A DNA stretch of 12,751 bases from Octopus sinensis (GCF_006345805.1 NW_021826425.1:1-12751), one strand, 5' to 3'. Shown: positions 1-9,305, counted from the stretch's first letter. A program made the numbers and translations. The notes: generated by a model from the letters alone, not told the origin.

Positions 1-199
1 ATGATGATGATCCTTTCTAATAAAAGCACAAGGCCTGAAATCTGTGGGGAGGGGACTAGTCGATTACATCGACCCCCAGTATTCATTGGTACTTAGTTTA
101 TCGATTCCGAAAGACCTGAAATCGACCTCGGCGTAATTCGAACGCAGAACGTAAAGACGGACGAAATGCCGCTAACGATTCTGCCAGCTCGGTGCCTTA
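1..199 (-). mobile_element. tRNA-derived SINE, family A, decayed, with (ATC)n-type tail
   Basis: Minus strand reads GAGCTGGCAGAATCGTTAGC (A-box-like), GTTCGAATTAC (B-box-like), a central GGGGTCGATGTAATCGACT domain and an ATCATCAT tail. Homologous to 3024-3250, 4686-4826 and 8412-8612. Confidence 0.85.
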
Positions 200-280
200 G
201 TTTTTTTTAATTATATTGCTTCAATGGACATTATTCTTGTTTACCTTCTCTCCCCCCGGTTCACGTTTACGGAGTAAACA

Positions 281-430
281 TATGATCATAATGTTCTGCC
301 GTCCAGCAGCGACCATCTCGTGATTTAATCTTTTCAGTTTACTTAAGACTCCATTGTCTTCAATCTTTTATTTCCTTTTGAGATGATGGTGAATGATTTG
401 TGAGAGAGGCTTGGCTGTTATTTCTAGCAG
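281..430 (-). mobile_element. Degenerate SINE-like fragment, family D
   Basis: Shares GGCTGTTATTTCTAGC with 3441-3458 (CTAGCTGCCATTTCTAGC) and CCAGC..GACCATC with 2274-2290. The family assignment rests partly on recalled octopus repeats. Confidence 0.45.
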
Positions 431-840
431 AATGCACAAAGGCGTAGATATAATTCCCCGGCGTTTTGTTGCTGTAGTTTAAACGTACTTCCTGTTCGCA
501 ACGGAGGTGCGATGCAGTTCTTCGGCGTCGACATACATTTTAACATTAATACATAATCTTCTGGTGCTTCAATTAACTCTATTAATTAGAAATTGAGAAA
601 TGTTTACCAATTTATTTCTCCCGAATAGAAACCGGAAGCATATGAAGTCACCACGCCTACTTCCGGTTCAAATATAACTTGCCAAAGAACTAAATATACA
701 GCAGATCACGCAAGAGGGATTATTTTTATTCTATTTCTTCTGAAATCTCTTTTTTTTAATTGCTAATTAATAAATCTTAAATTTCGTCGAACTGATAATT
801 TTAAATAAATTAGGGTAACAAGTGTATTATATATTGGCAG

Positions 841-896
841 GTGTAAATATAAATCCGTTAAGGAGGTCGTGGGGGGTATTTGTGAGGAAATGCATG
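841..896 (+). CDS. Candidate internal coding exon of an unidentified host gene (xCKYKSVKEVVGGICEEMH)
   Basis: Acceptor ttggcAG at 839-840 and strong donor ATG|GTAAGA at 897. The 56-nt exon is open in a frame compatible with exon 6076-6113. Product not recognised. Confidence 0.45.
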
Positions 897-931
897 GTAA
901 GACCGAACTACGAGTGAAATAAAAATCATTT

Positions 932-1320
932 GTCCCACTTCGTAGCACCTTGGGCAAGTTTTTTCTCCTATAACCTCGGGCCGACCAAAGGTTTGTGAGT
1001 GGATTTAGTAGACGGAAATTGAAAGAAACCCGTCGTGTATATATGTATGTGTGTGTGTATGTGTATGTATGTATGTGTATGTATGTCTGTGTGTCTGTGT
1101 GTGTGTTTGTTTATCATCCACCACCGCTTAACAACGTATGTTGGTGTGTTTCGGTCTTCGTAAATTAGCGGTTCGGCAAAAGGAGACCGAGAGAATAAGT
1201 GCCTGGCTTAAAAATTAAAAAGTACTAGGATTGATTCATTCGACAAAGATTCTTCCAGGCGGTGCTCCAGCATGGCCACGATATGATGTCAGAAACAGGC
1301 AAAAGAATAAAATAGAAAAT
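932..1320 (+). mobile_element. SINE family C, 5'-truncated, with internal (TG/TA)n microsatellite and 3' tail
   Basis: Colinear with the full-length copy at 11925-12330: CACCTTGGGCAAG, GGCCGACCAAAG, GACGGAAA, microsatellite, AGCGGTTCGGCAAAAG, GGTGCTCCAGCATGGCC, AAAAGAATAAAA tail. Confidence 0.9.
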
Positions 1321-1381
1321 CGTTTAACCGACGCTTAGGGAGTTTGTCAAAAGATAGGAAATAAACGGAAAAATAGAAATT

Positions 1382-1518
1382 GCAGGTGGTGGGTGGTGAG
1401 AAGTTTACTTCCAAATCACAGGGGTCCGAGTTCAGTCCCACTGCGCAGCACATTGGGAATGTGTCTTCTGCTGCAAACTTGCGCTATGGATTTGGTAAAC
1501 GGAAACTGCAAGACGTAG
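1382..1518 (+). mobile_element. SINE family C, decayed 5' head
   Basis: GAGTTCAGTCCCACTGCG B-box region, GTGTCTTCT and GGATTTGGTAAACGGAAACTG match the family C head. Confidence 0.75.
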
Positions 1519-1886
1519 TCAATAATTTGTATGGAAGTAAAGCCTTACGGTAGGGATAGAAGATTTCACAGGCACAGGGAAGAATATAGATGTTGAACGG
1601 ACATCTCTGACCTTTCTTTCTTGATTCGGCCTTTGTATCCCTGCCGTAACGCTTTACTTCCACACGCGCCAGCTTAATTTAATTCGTCCTTAGTCGAAAG
1701 ACACCTGTTGTTATGTCCAGTTATTTGTATTTGTGTAACATTCTCCGTTTTTTTTCCGACTTGGTTTTCGTATACATTCGCTGATTTCTTCCAATGAATC
1801 TAATGCTCTTAGCTTAGTTTTTTCCTTGGGGCTGGCCAGATTGGAGCAATCTCGAGTATAACCAGCCGAAATTAAAAAGATAATAT

Positions 1887-1926
1887 GGAACTCGACTGAG
1901 GAAAGAAAACTCCGAATGTCTCGTCC
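1887..1926 (+). ncRNA. Decayed type I hammerhead-like motif
   Basis: CTGAGGA(A) at 1896-1903; stem II remnant GA-aaac-TC; GAA-TGTC where GAAACGTC is expected; stem I CGA/TCG plus GGA/TCC. A T-rich flank follows, then (TA)n, as in the other HHR elements. Confidence 0.4.
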
Positions 1927-1977
1927 TTGTTCTCTTTGTATCGACTATCTGGATATTTTGCGTTCTTGTGCCATTTT

Positions 1978-2163
1978 GTATATATATATATGTGTGTATG
2001 TGAGTGTGTGTGTGTGTATGTATGTGTGTGTGTATGTATGTGTGTGTGTGTGTGCGTATATAGCGTTATATTAATACATCTGTTTGTTTTCTACACCACC
2101 TGTTTTCATCTTTTGTTTTTTCGTGAACTCCACCCCCTATATATATATATATATATATATATA
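1978..2163. repeat. (TA)/(TG) microsatellites at 1978-2058 and 2138-2163
   Basis: Dinucleotide runs read directly from the sequence. Confidence 0.95.
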
Positions 2164-2322
2164 GTGTTATGTAATATATGGTGTAGCTATCACAGAAAGT
2201 TCCGCTAGCGGACTCGACTAAGAAACCACGTAATAATCCAATACAGAGGATTATAATGCAGAGTTCCCTGCATCCAGCTGTGACCATCCCATCTGTATTT
2301 TAGACTTAGTATATCTAGGACT

Positions 2323-2553
2323 GTGGAGGCGCGTGGCTTAGTGGTTAGGGCGTCAGCAACATGATCGTAAGATTGTGGTTTCGATTCCTGGACCGGGCGA
2401 CGCGTTGTGTTCTTGAGCAAAACACTTCATTTCACGTTGCTCCAGTCCACTCAGCTGGCAGAAATGAGAAACGCTGCGATGGACTGGCGTCCCATCCACC
2501 TGGGGAACACATACGCCATTGAAACCGGGAAACCGGGCCCATCAGCCTAGCTA
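2323..2553 (+). mobile_element. tRNA-derived SINE, family E1
   Basis: A-box TGGCTTAGTGG, B-box GTTTCGATTCC, then a CORE-like GTGTTCTTGAGCAAAACACTT segment. The 3' segment GCTGCGATGGACTGGCGTCCC...GAAACCGGGAAACCGGGCCCAT is shared with E2. Confidence 0.85.
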
Positions 2554-2863
2554 GTGGAGGTGCAATGGCCCAGTGGTTAGGGCAGCGGACTCGCGGTCGG
2601 AGGATCGCGGTTTCGATTCCCAGACTGGGCGTTGTGTGTGTTTATTGAGCGAAAACACCTAAAGCTCCACGAGGCTCCGGCAGCGGGTGGTGGCGATCCC
2701 TGTTGTACTCTTTCGTCCCAACTTTCTCTCACTCTTTCTTCCTGTTTCTTGAGTAACGCTGCGATGAACTGGCGTCCCGTCCAGCTGGGGGCAACACATA
2801 CGCCATTGAAACCGGGAAACCGGGCCCATGAGCCTCGCTAGTCTTGAAAAGGGCGAGAAAAAA
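2554..2863 (+). mobile_element. tRNA-derived SINE, family E2, directly tandem to E1
   Basis: A-box TGGCCCAGTGG, B-box GTTTCGATTCC, a different central body, the same roughly 90-nt 3' segment as E1, and an A-rich end. Confidence 0.85.
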
Positions 2864-3023
2864 TATATATACAGGACTGCACCGTCTCCTGTATATTAAC
2901 TAGGAGTAAATGTTATGGCTATTGTTGTTGTTTAACCCCACGTCAGTCCTGATTCTACAAAGATGACTTAGCTGCGACTGCCTTATTTTTTATTCAGACG
3001 TAGTTCATCTCGGGTTACATAAT

Positions 3024-3250
3024 CTATTTCTTTACTACCCACAAGGGGCTAAACATAGAGGGGACAAACAAGGACAGACAAACGGATTAAGTCGATTACA
3101 TCGACCCCAGTGCGTAACTAGTACTTAATTTATCGACCCCGAAAGGATGAAAGGCAAAGTCGACCTCGGCGGAATTTGAACTCAGAATGTAACGGCAGAT
3201 GAAATACTGCTAAGCATTTCGTCCAGCGTGCTAACGATTATGCCAGCTCC
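3024..3250 (-). mobile_element. tRNA-derived SINE, family A, near full length
   Basis: Minus strand: GAGCTGGCATAATCGTTAGC, GAGTTCAAATTCC (B box), CCTTTCATCCTTTCGGGGTCGATAAATTAAGTAC central domain, tail ending GTAGTAAAGAAATAG. Confidence 0.9.
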
Positions 3251-3290
3251 AAATAGATAGCATATTATTCAGTATTAGTGGTTCTAGTTT

Positions 3291-3460
3291 TTGTTGTTTA
3301 ACCCTAGTTCAGTCAGTTCAGATGCATCAGAGCTATAATCAAAAACGTTCATCAAATGTTTTTTATCCCACGCTACATTTATCCCATGTACTCTTCCTTT
3401 TATTTAATGTGATACTGCAATATGTGATTAAATTAAATATCTAGCTGCCATTTCTAGCGG
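3291..3460 (-). mobile_element. Degenerate family D copy; further fragments at about 2922-2955 and 2270-2294
   Basis: TTGTTGTTTAACCC is shared with 2922-2939, and CTAGCTGCCATTTCTAGC with 409-428. Confidence 0.45.
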
Positions 3461-3927
3461 CTTCATTACATTGAAATCCCAAGCGCAATGTTCTGTACTC
3501 AATGCCCTCCGACAAACACCTACTCTCACACACAAACACACATACAGATAAAAAAAAAAAGAGCAAAGAAATTTTTGAAATTAAGGAAATGAACTGGTAG
3601 AGATGTGTAGTTATTTCCCAGGGAAAAACGCACCATATGCCGGAATGGTATTATGTTTATTACACTCTTGGGAAATGGTTAACATCACACTAAAAGAGCT
3701 GAACAAACCTTACCTGCCCGCCCGCCCACCCCCGCCACCAGCTAGTCATCTGACGAAACAGTCTGACGCTTCAAAAGCAGTTTTGCTGTTCTTTATTTTG
3801 TTTTATTTCCTTTTCCTTGTATATTTTGTTATTTTATTGTTTTTTTTTTAATTTCTGTATGTAGTCTCCGATTACGTTGTAATTACACCTACTTCAATGC
3901 CCCAGTATATGAGCAACATCAGTAATA

Positions 3928-3967
3928 AAACCACTACCACCACTACTACAACTACTACTACTACTAC

Positions 3968-4014
<47 letters not shown>

Positions 4015-4092
4015 TGATGATGATGATGATGATGATGATAGTAATAATAATAATAATAATAATAGTAATAATAATAATAATAATAATAGTAA
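3928..4092. repeat. Compound trinucleotide microsatellite (ACT)n-(AAT)n-(GAT)n-(AAT)n
   Basis: Read directly. It is the source of the poly-T/N/M/I ORFs. Confidence 0.95.
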
Positions 4093-4603
4093 ATGCCCTG
4101 ATGCAGTACCAGGCAGAGGCTCTCATGGCTTCTGATCTTAACTGATTGGAAGTGTTATCATGTACATTGTTTTGTCTTGATATAAAAGATGGGCTACAGC
4201 AAATATTCTGCTCAGTACCACAGATTTGCTTGTCAGTTGTTTGACCTTGTGCATCTCTGATCACGAGCAGAAGTAGTGGGAGAGCATCGTGTTGAGAGGG
4301 ATTCTTTGGGGTTTGGATAATTCACCTCTGGAAACATGGGTGTTTCGTTCAATGTCCTTAAACAACCCTTATTCAGGGACCTTTTGAGCAGGATGGGTTA
4401 CTCGATCTGAAGAAAATTCTAACTGGGCTCCACCTGCAAGGTCATGTGCTGTTTATCTTGATATGAGATCACCATGTCGCACACATATGGTTGTGATGCA
4501 TGTGCCTGGTGTACCCTTATCAGACGGGTAGTCATGATGGGTATACTGGGCTTCGTATATTTTACCCCAGTGCCACTTTGATGGCATGCACTGCTCGCTC
4601 ACA
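4093..4603. mobile_element. (AAT)n-embedded non-coding element, family F, copy 1
   Basis: Highly similar to 4948-5500 along its whole length, but lacks about 36 bp (TAACCAGTTG...ACGATA). Flanked on both sides by (AAT)n. Confidence 0.85.
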
Positions 4604-4648
4604 TTAATAATAATAATAAATAATAATAATATAATAATAATAATAATA

Positions 4649-4679
<31 letters not shown>

Positions 4680-4833
4680 AATAATTGTTTCAAATTTTGG
4701 CACAACGTCCGATTACATCGACCCCCTCCCCAGTGTCCCATTGGTACTTATTTCATCGATCCGAAAGGACGAAAGGCAAAGTCGACGTCGGCAGAATTTT
4801 AATACAGAACGCAAAGGCGGACGAATAATAATC

Positions 4834-4866
<33 letters not shown>

Positions 4867-4880
4867 GTAATAGTAATAAT

Positions 4881-4947
<67 letters not shown>
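4604..4947. repeat. (AAT)n tracts at 4604-4685 and about 4824-4947, interrupted by a family A SINE
   Basis: Read directly. Confidence 0.95.
4686..4826 (-). mobile_element. SINE family A, partial, inside (AAT)n
   Basis: CGATTACATCGACCCC, GGTACTTATTTCATCGATCCGAAAGGACGAAAGGCAAAGTCGAC match 3024-3250. Confidence 0.85.
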
Positions 4948-5500
4948 GCCCTGATGCAGTACCAGGCAGTGGCTCTCATGGCTTCTGATCTTAACTGATT
5001 GGAAGTGTTATCATGTACATTGTTTTGTCTTGGTATAAAAGATGGGCTACAGCAAATATTCTGCTCAATACCACAGATTTGCTTGTCAGTTGTCTGACCT
5101 TAACCAGTTGAGCATGTCCCTTAGTGGCTGACGATATGTGCATCTCTGATCACGAGCAGAAGTAGGGGGGGGCATCATAGCCATGTGTTGAGAGGGATTC
5201 TTGGGGTTTGAATAGTTCACCTCTGGAAACATGGGTGGTTCTTTCAACATCCTTAAACAACCCTTATTCAGGGACCGTTTGAGCGGGAGGGCTACTCAAC
5301 CTGAAGAAAATTCTAACTGGGCCCCACCTGCAAGGTCATGTGCTGTTTATCTTGATATGAGATCACCATGTCGCGCACATATGGTTGTGATGCATGTGCC
5401 TGGTGTACCTTTATCAGACGGGTAGTCATGATGGGTGGGTTATTGGGCTTCGTATTTTTACCCCAGTGTCACTTTGATGGCATGAACTGCTCTCTCACTC
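4948..5500. mobile_element. (AAT)n-embedded element, family F, copy 2 (longest, about 553 bp)
   Basis: Same left end (GCCCTGATGCAGTACC) and same right end (CTGCTCTCTCAC) as copy 1. (AAT)n on both sides. Confidence 0.85.
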
Positions 5501-5577
5501 TATAATAATAAAATAATAATAATAATAATAATATAATAATCATAATAATAATGATGATGATGATGATGATTATGATG

Positions 5578-5650
<73 letters not shown>
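5501..5650. repeat. (AAT)n/(GAT)n microsatellite
   Basis: Read directly. Confidence 0.95.
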
Positions 5651-5793
5651 ATGCCCTGATGCAGTACCAGGCAGTGGCTCTCATGGCTTCTGATCTAAAC
5701 TGATTGAAACTGTTATCATTGTTATCATTGTACATTGTTTTGTCTTTGGTCTAAAAGATGGTCTACACCAAATATCCTGCTCAATATCACAGA
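5651..5793. mobile_element. Family F, copy 3, left end only
   Basis: Matches the first about 140 bp of copies 1 and 2. It ends where a family A fragment begins (about 5797-5832). Confidence 0.8.
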
Positions 5794-6075
5794 AGTCAGC
5801 GAAATTTGAACTCAGAACGAAGAGACGGACTAATAATATAGCAATAATAATTATTATTTCTGGTTAAAAGCAGTATAATCAGTGGAGCATCCACCGTTCG
5901 GTGAAAATCCTTTCGTTGCAGTATTTAGTCTTGGTTATTTCTATTTTGAGTTCAAATCCCCGCGGACAAACCGAGTAAAAAGTAGATATTTTGCTTCTGT
6001 ACTCAAGACGTCCATTAGCTACAGAAATATGGGGGTCCTAACTTATATGCCATAACTACTAACATTTAATATCAG

Positions 6076-6113
6076 GGACCTGTCAAAGGGATCTCGGCGT
6101 GCACAGTATCAAG
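6076..6113 (+). CDS. Candidate 38-nt coding exon (GTCQRDLGVHSIK)
   Basis: Perfect branch point TACTAAC at 6057-6063, acceptor tcAG at 6074-6075, donor AAG|GTAGGA at 6114. Phase-compatible with 841-896 and 12541-12667. Confidence 0.5.
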
Positions 6114-6190
6114 GTAGGAAATAATATATGTAGCCTATGCAGTAGATATATTACCCGGGCAGATTGAACTTTTCAACATACATTGAAAAA

Positions 6191-6250
6191 TGGCTTGGTG
6201 GTTAGGATATTCGACTCACAATCTATTGGGTGTGATTCGATACCCAGCAG
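6191..6250 (+). mobile_element. Isolated tRNA-like SINE head (E-like)
   Basis: TGGCTTGGTGGTTAGG (A box) and GATTCGATACC (B-box-like); resembles the E1 head. Confidence 0.55.
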
Positions 6251-6338
6251 GATTCCACACACACACATATGCATATATATATATATATATTATATATATA
6301 TATATATATTATATATATATATATATATATACATATAA

Positions 6339-6519
6339 ACGATGGGCTTCTTTCAGTTTCCGTCTACCAAATCCACTCAGAAGGCTTTGGTCGGACCAAG
6401 ACTATAGTAGAAGACACTTGCCCAAGGTGCCATGCATTGGGGCTGAACCCCGAACCATGAGGTTGGTAAGCAAGCTACTTACAAAACCGCCACTACTACC
6501 CCTATGCCACGCCTGCGCC
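6339..6519 (-). mobile_element. SINE family C, head only, between (TA)n tracts
   Basis: Matches 12167-12330, from GGCGCAGG to the start of the internal microsatellite. Confidence 0.9.
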
Positions 6520-6528
6520 TATATATAC

Positions 6529-6724
6529 ACGACAGGCTTCTTTCAGTTTCCGTTTAGCAAATCCATGTTTATTTCGCCGTAACCTAGCGGTTCGACAAAA
6601 GGAACTAAAAGAATAAATACTAGGCTTACAAAAATAAGTCCCGGTTTGATTTGTTCGACTAAAACCCTTTCAGGTGGTGTTCCAGCATGGCCACAGTCAA
6701 ATGACTGAAACAAGTAAAGGGAGA
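6529..6724. mobile_element. SINE family C with internal inversion: minus-strand 6529-6564 fused to plus-strand tail 6565-6724
   Basis: ACGACAGGCTTCTTTCAGTTTCCG..AAATCC (inverted end of the head) is joined directly to the sense tail GTAACCTAGCGGTTCG...CCAGCATGGCCACAGTCAAATGACTGAAACAAGTAAA. Confidence 0.8.
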
Positions 6725-6743
6725 TATAAATACATATATATAT

Positions 6744-6905
6744 ACGACAGGATTGTTTCAGTTTCCATCTACCAAATCCACTCGAAAGGCTTTGGTCGGC
6801 CTATGACTATAGTAGAAGGTCCTAGCCCAAGGTACCACGCGGTGGGAGTGAATCTTGAACGAACCATGTGGTTGAAAAACAAACTACTTACCACACAGCC
6901 ACGCC
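6744..6905 (-). mobile_element. SINE family C, head only
   Basis: Matches the family C head and ends at ACGAC next to a TA tract. Confidence 0.85.
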
Positions 6906-7225
6906 AACATAAAAGCTTACATATTCTCACTCACACATGCATTACGAACATGGAGACAAAGAAAATAGTTTTAAACCGGTCCTCAACGGTTTAGACTAGT
7001 GTTTATTTTGGAGAACACGGTTTGGTGGGTAAATGACCTTTTGCAAGTATTCACTAAAACAGCTCTGTAAGGTTTTGGTTTATGTAATATAGTGAAAATT
7101 AATTAATATGTTTTAATAGAAACACGTTTCCATTGTTAATTGTAAATATGCTAATTGATGAATTGGAAATTAATATACATTATAATTAGTAGGTAATTAT
7201 AACATTTTATTTGTAGGGAGGGCCA

Positions 7226-7321
7226 TGCATACATACATACATATATATATATATACATCGTGTAAAATAGCTAATTAAATGCTATACACACGCACACACA
7301 CATACATGTATATATGTATAT

Positions 7322-7354
<33 letters not shown>

Positions 7355-7501
7355 CATATATTAATATATGTATATATAAATACATATATATATATACATA
7401 TATATACATACGCGTATATATACATACATCCAAACGCATACAAACACATGCATACACATACATATATATATACACATATATATACACACATATATATACA
7501 T

Positions 7502-7554
<53 letters not shown>

Positions 7555-7607
7555 ACGTATGTATATATATATATATATATATATACATACACACACACAC
7601 ACACACA
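7226..7607. repeat. Long compound (TA)/(CA)/(TACA) microsatellite region
   Basis: Read directly. It is the source of several YI-rich ORFs. Confidence 0.95.
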
Positions 7608-7989
7608 AATCTACACTTGCACACGCCGTTTCCCTAGAGATGGAAAAACTATTATAAGGGAGATAATCTTTTTTTCATAATATGGGGAGGAAATACAAAG
7701 TTGATTTTCAAATTGAGGAATTGTGAAGAAAAAGAGCATAGAATTCACATATTTCACTTTTATTCATCTATTTACTAATTTATTCATTGCGAAGGTGATG
7801 CAGGTTCCTTTTGATTGCAATCAGGTATAGCACTATTTCATTCCTTTTAGAAACCGACAGTATGATATTGCCTCTGACTTATTAATTAAACATATTTTAT
7901 GAGGTGGAGATCGATATAGATAGACATTTAGGTATATAGATAAGCAAATATATATTACATATCTTACTAACACCTACATTACGAACACA

Positions 7990-8005
7990 GAGACATATAT
8001 ATATC

Positions 8006-8048
<43 letters not shown>

Positions 8049-8125
8049 TAATAAATAAAACATATACATATATATATACATATATGTACGTACCTACATC
8101 TACATGTATATATACACGCATATAT
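7990..8125. repeat. (TA)-rich microsatellite
   Basis: Read directly. Confidence 0.9.
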
Positions 8126-8400
8126 GAGTACAGGACACCAAAAAAACGTCGAACACAATGAGAAACGAAAACATAGACACAAACCCAAGGAACTGGACGT
8201 TTTTCTTAAACAACAAAAAAATTTAGTACAGGACAAATAACACAAGGAAAAAACCCCTTCTTCAGTCGCCATGGTTTCATCTACTCTACGTTTCGAAGGT
8301 GAAGGCGAGACGTATCTTCGATAGAAACTTTCCTTCCTGCGAGAGAGAGAAAGAGAGAAATAGAAAGAGGGAGGGAGAGACAGACAGACAGAGACAGAGG
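8126..8400 (-). mobile_element. Short HHR-type element with a decayed hammerhead at 8281-8331
   Basis: Minus strand: CTATCGA-AGA-tacg-TCT-(CG plus an apparent 12-nt insertion)-GAAACGTA. Pyrimidine-rich flanks as in 8837-9048. Confidence 0.45.
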
Positions 8401-8411
8401 GAATCATAACA

Positions 8412-8612
8412 TGGGTTTCAATTTTGGTATACAAGGCCGGCTGTTTCGGTGGAGTAAGTCGGTTGCATTGAATCCCAACTGCTACATATTTTAACGACGC
8501 GGAAACGATGATTGGCAAAGTCGACCACGATGGAATTTCATCTCTGAACATAATGACGGACGAAATACTGCTAAGCATTTTGTCCGGCACGCTAACGATT
8601 CTGCTAACTCCT
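8412..8612 (-). mobile_element. SINE family A, decayed
   Basis: GGCAAAGTCGACC, GACGGACGAAATACTGCTAAGCATTT and GCTAACGATTCTGC match 3024-3250. Confidence 0.85.
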
Positions 8613-8836
8613 TGATTTTACCTAATTATAAAAATGATCCTACAACCAACGAACTTTTATTTATTCTCTTGTTCTTACGGCCCACAAATCATATCATTTT
8701 GTTCCCACCAATTTGGCAGACGATCAAAGAAATCAATGACACTGTTTCACTCAGTAAAGTCAATACCAAGAATAAATGAAAATATGGTGGTGGTAGACGA
8801 AAACTGTCCCTTTATATATATATATATATATATATA

Positions 8837-9048
8837 AAGGGAACGTTTACGAAAATAAACAAAAGACGAAGGCAGGTGGAGTACAAACAAACAAATGTAT
8901 TAGTATAGCGCTCAGGAATAGAAATAGAAAAAGTCTTTTACGTTTCGAGCCTACGCTCTTCGACAGAAAGATACACAGAAAAAGAACAAAGAGAGAAACA
9001 AGGAGAGAAAAAAATGCGTGTAGGAGCTAACGATCTATCATGGCGTCC
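8837..9048 (-). mobile_element. About 212-bp hammerhead-bearing element (Penelope pLTR/retrozyme-like) in (TA)n
   Basis: Bounded by (TA)n on both sides, close homolog of 11324-11485, and has a central HHR motif. Confidence 0.75.
8933..8973 (-). ncRNA. Minimal type I hammerhead with variant core (U at position 6)
   Basis: Stem I UCUUU/AAAGA; core CUGUCGA+A; stem II GAGC-guag-GCUC; GAAA; palindromic stem III ACGU; predicted cleavage GUA between 8939 and 8938. Confidence 0.7.
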
Positions 9049-9052
9049 TATA

Positions 9053-9088
<36 letters not shown>

Positions 9089-9305
9089 TATCTTGCTGTA
9101 AGGAACTATTCTACTTTCGATGTTCTACGTTTTATATTTTAATAATTACTGGTATTTTTATATATGTAAAGCAAAATATGCTATAAATGTATGTACATTA
9201 TCATAATTTGTTTTTTTAATAAATAAATAGACATAATATAATGTCTAAAAGTTGGTGAATACCACCTCTTGATTCCCTCCATTTTCTTATTGCCGTATAT
9301 ATATA

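Noticed and set aside
2323-2400. tRNA gene (also considered at 2554-2630, 6191-6250 and 12255-12330)
   Set aside because: A and B boxes are present, but there is no complete cloverleaf and the sequences continue into SINE bodies.
3749-3768. CTGACGAAACAGTC resembles a hammerhead core
   Set aside because: There is no stem II between CUGANGA and GAAA (they overlap) and no stem I.
4095-4603. HDV-like or twister ribozyme, or pseudoknot, within family F
   Set aside because: Manual fitting found partial stems only, with no P1.1 or catalytic junction. The GGGTA/ACTGG/TACC/CCAGT pseudoknot is not preserved in copy 2.
4093-5793. CRISPR-like or regularly spaced repeat array
   Set aside because: The repeats are hundreds of bp long and separated by microsatellites in a eukaryotic context; there is no repeat-spacer architecture.
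7851-7903. Good splice acceptor at 7850 suggesting an extra exon
   Set aside because: The frame needed after 6113 hits TGA within five codons and there is no convincing donor.
8048-8590. Longest ORF (180 aa, minus strand)
   Set aside because: It runs across a family A SINE, an AG-rich tract, an HHR-type element and a TA repeat, so it is a chance open frame.
8720-8790. Possible exon after ttggcAG at 8718-8719
   Set aside because: The donors are weak, and no phase-consistent chain with the other three exons could be supported.
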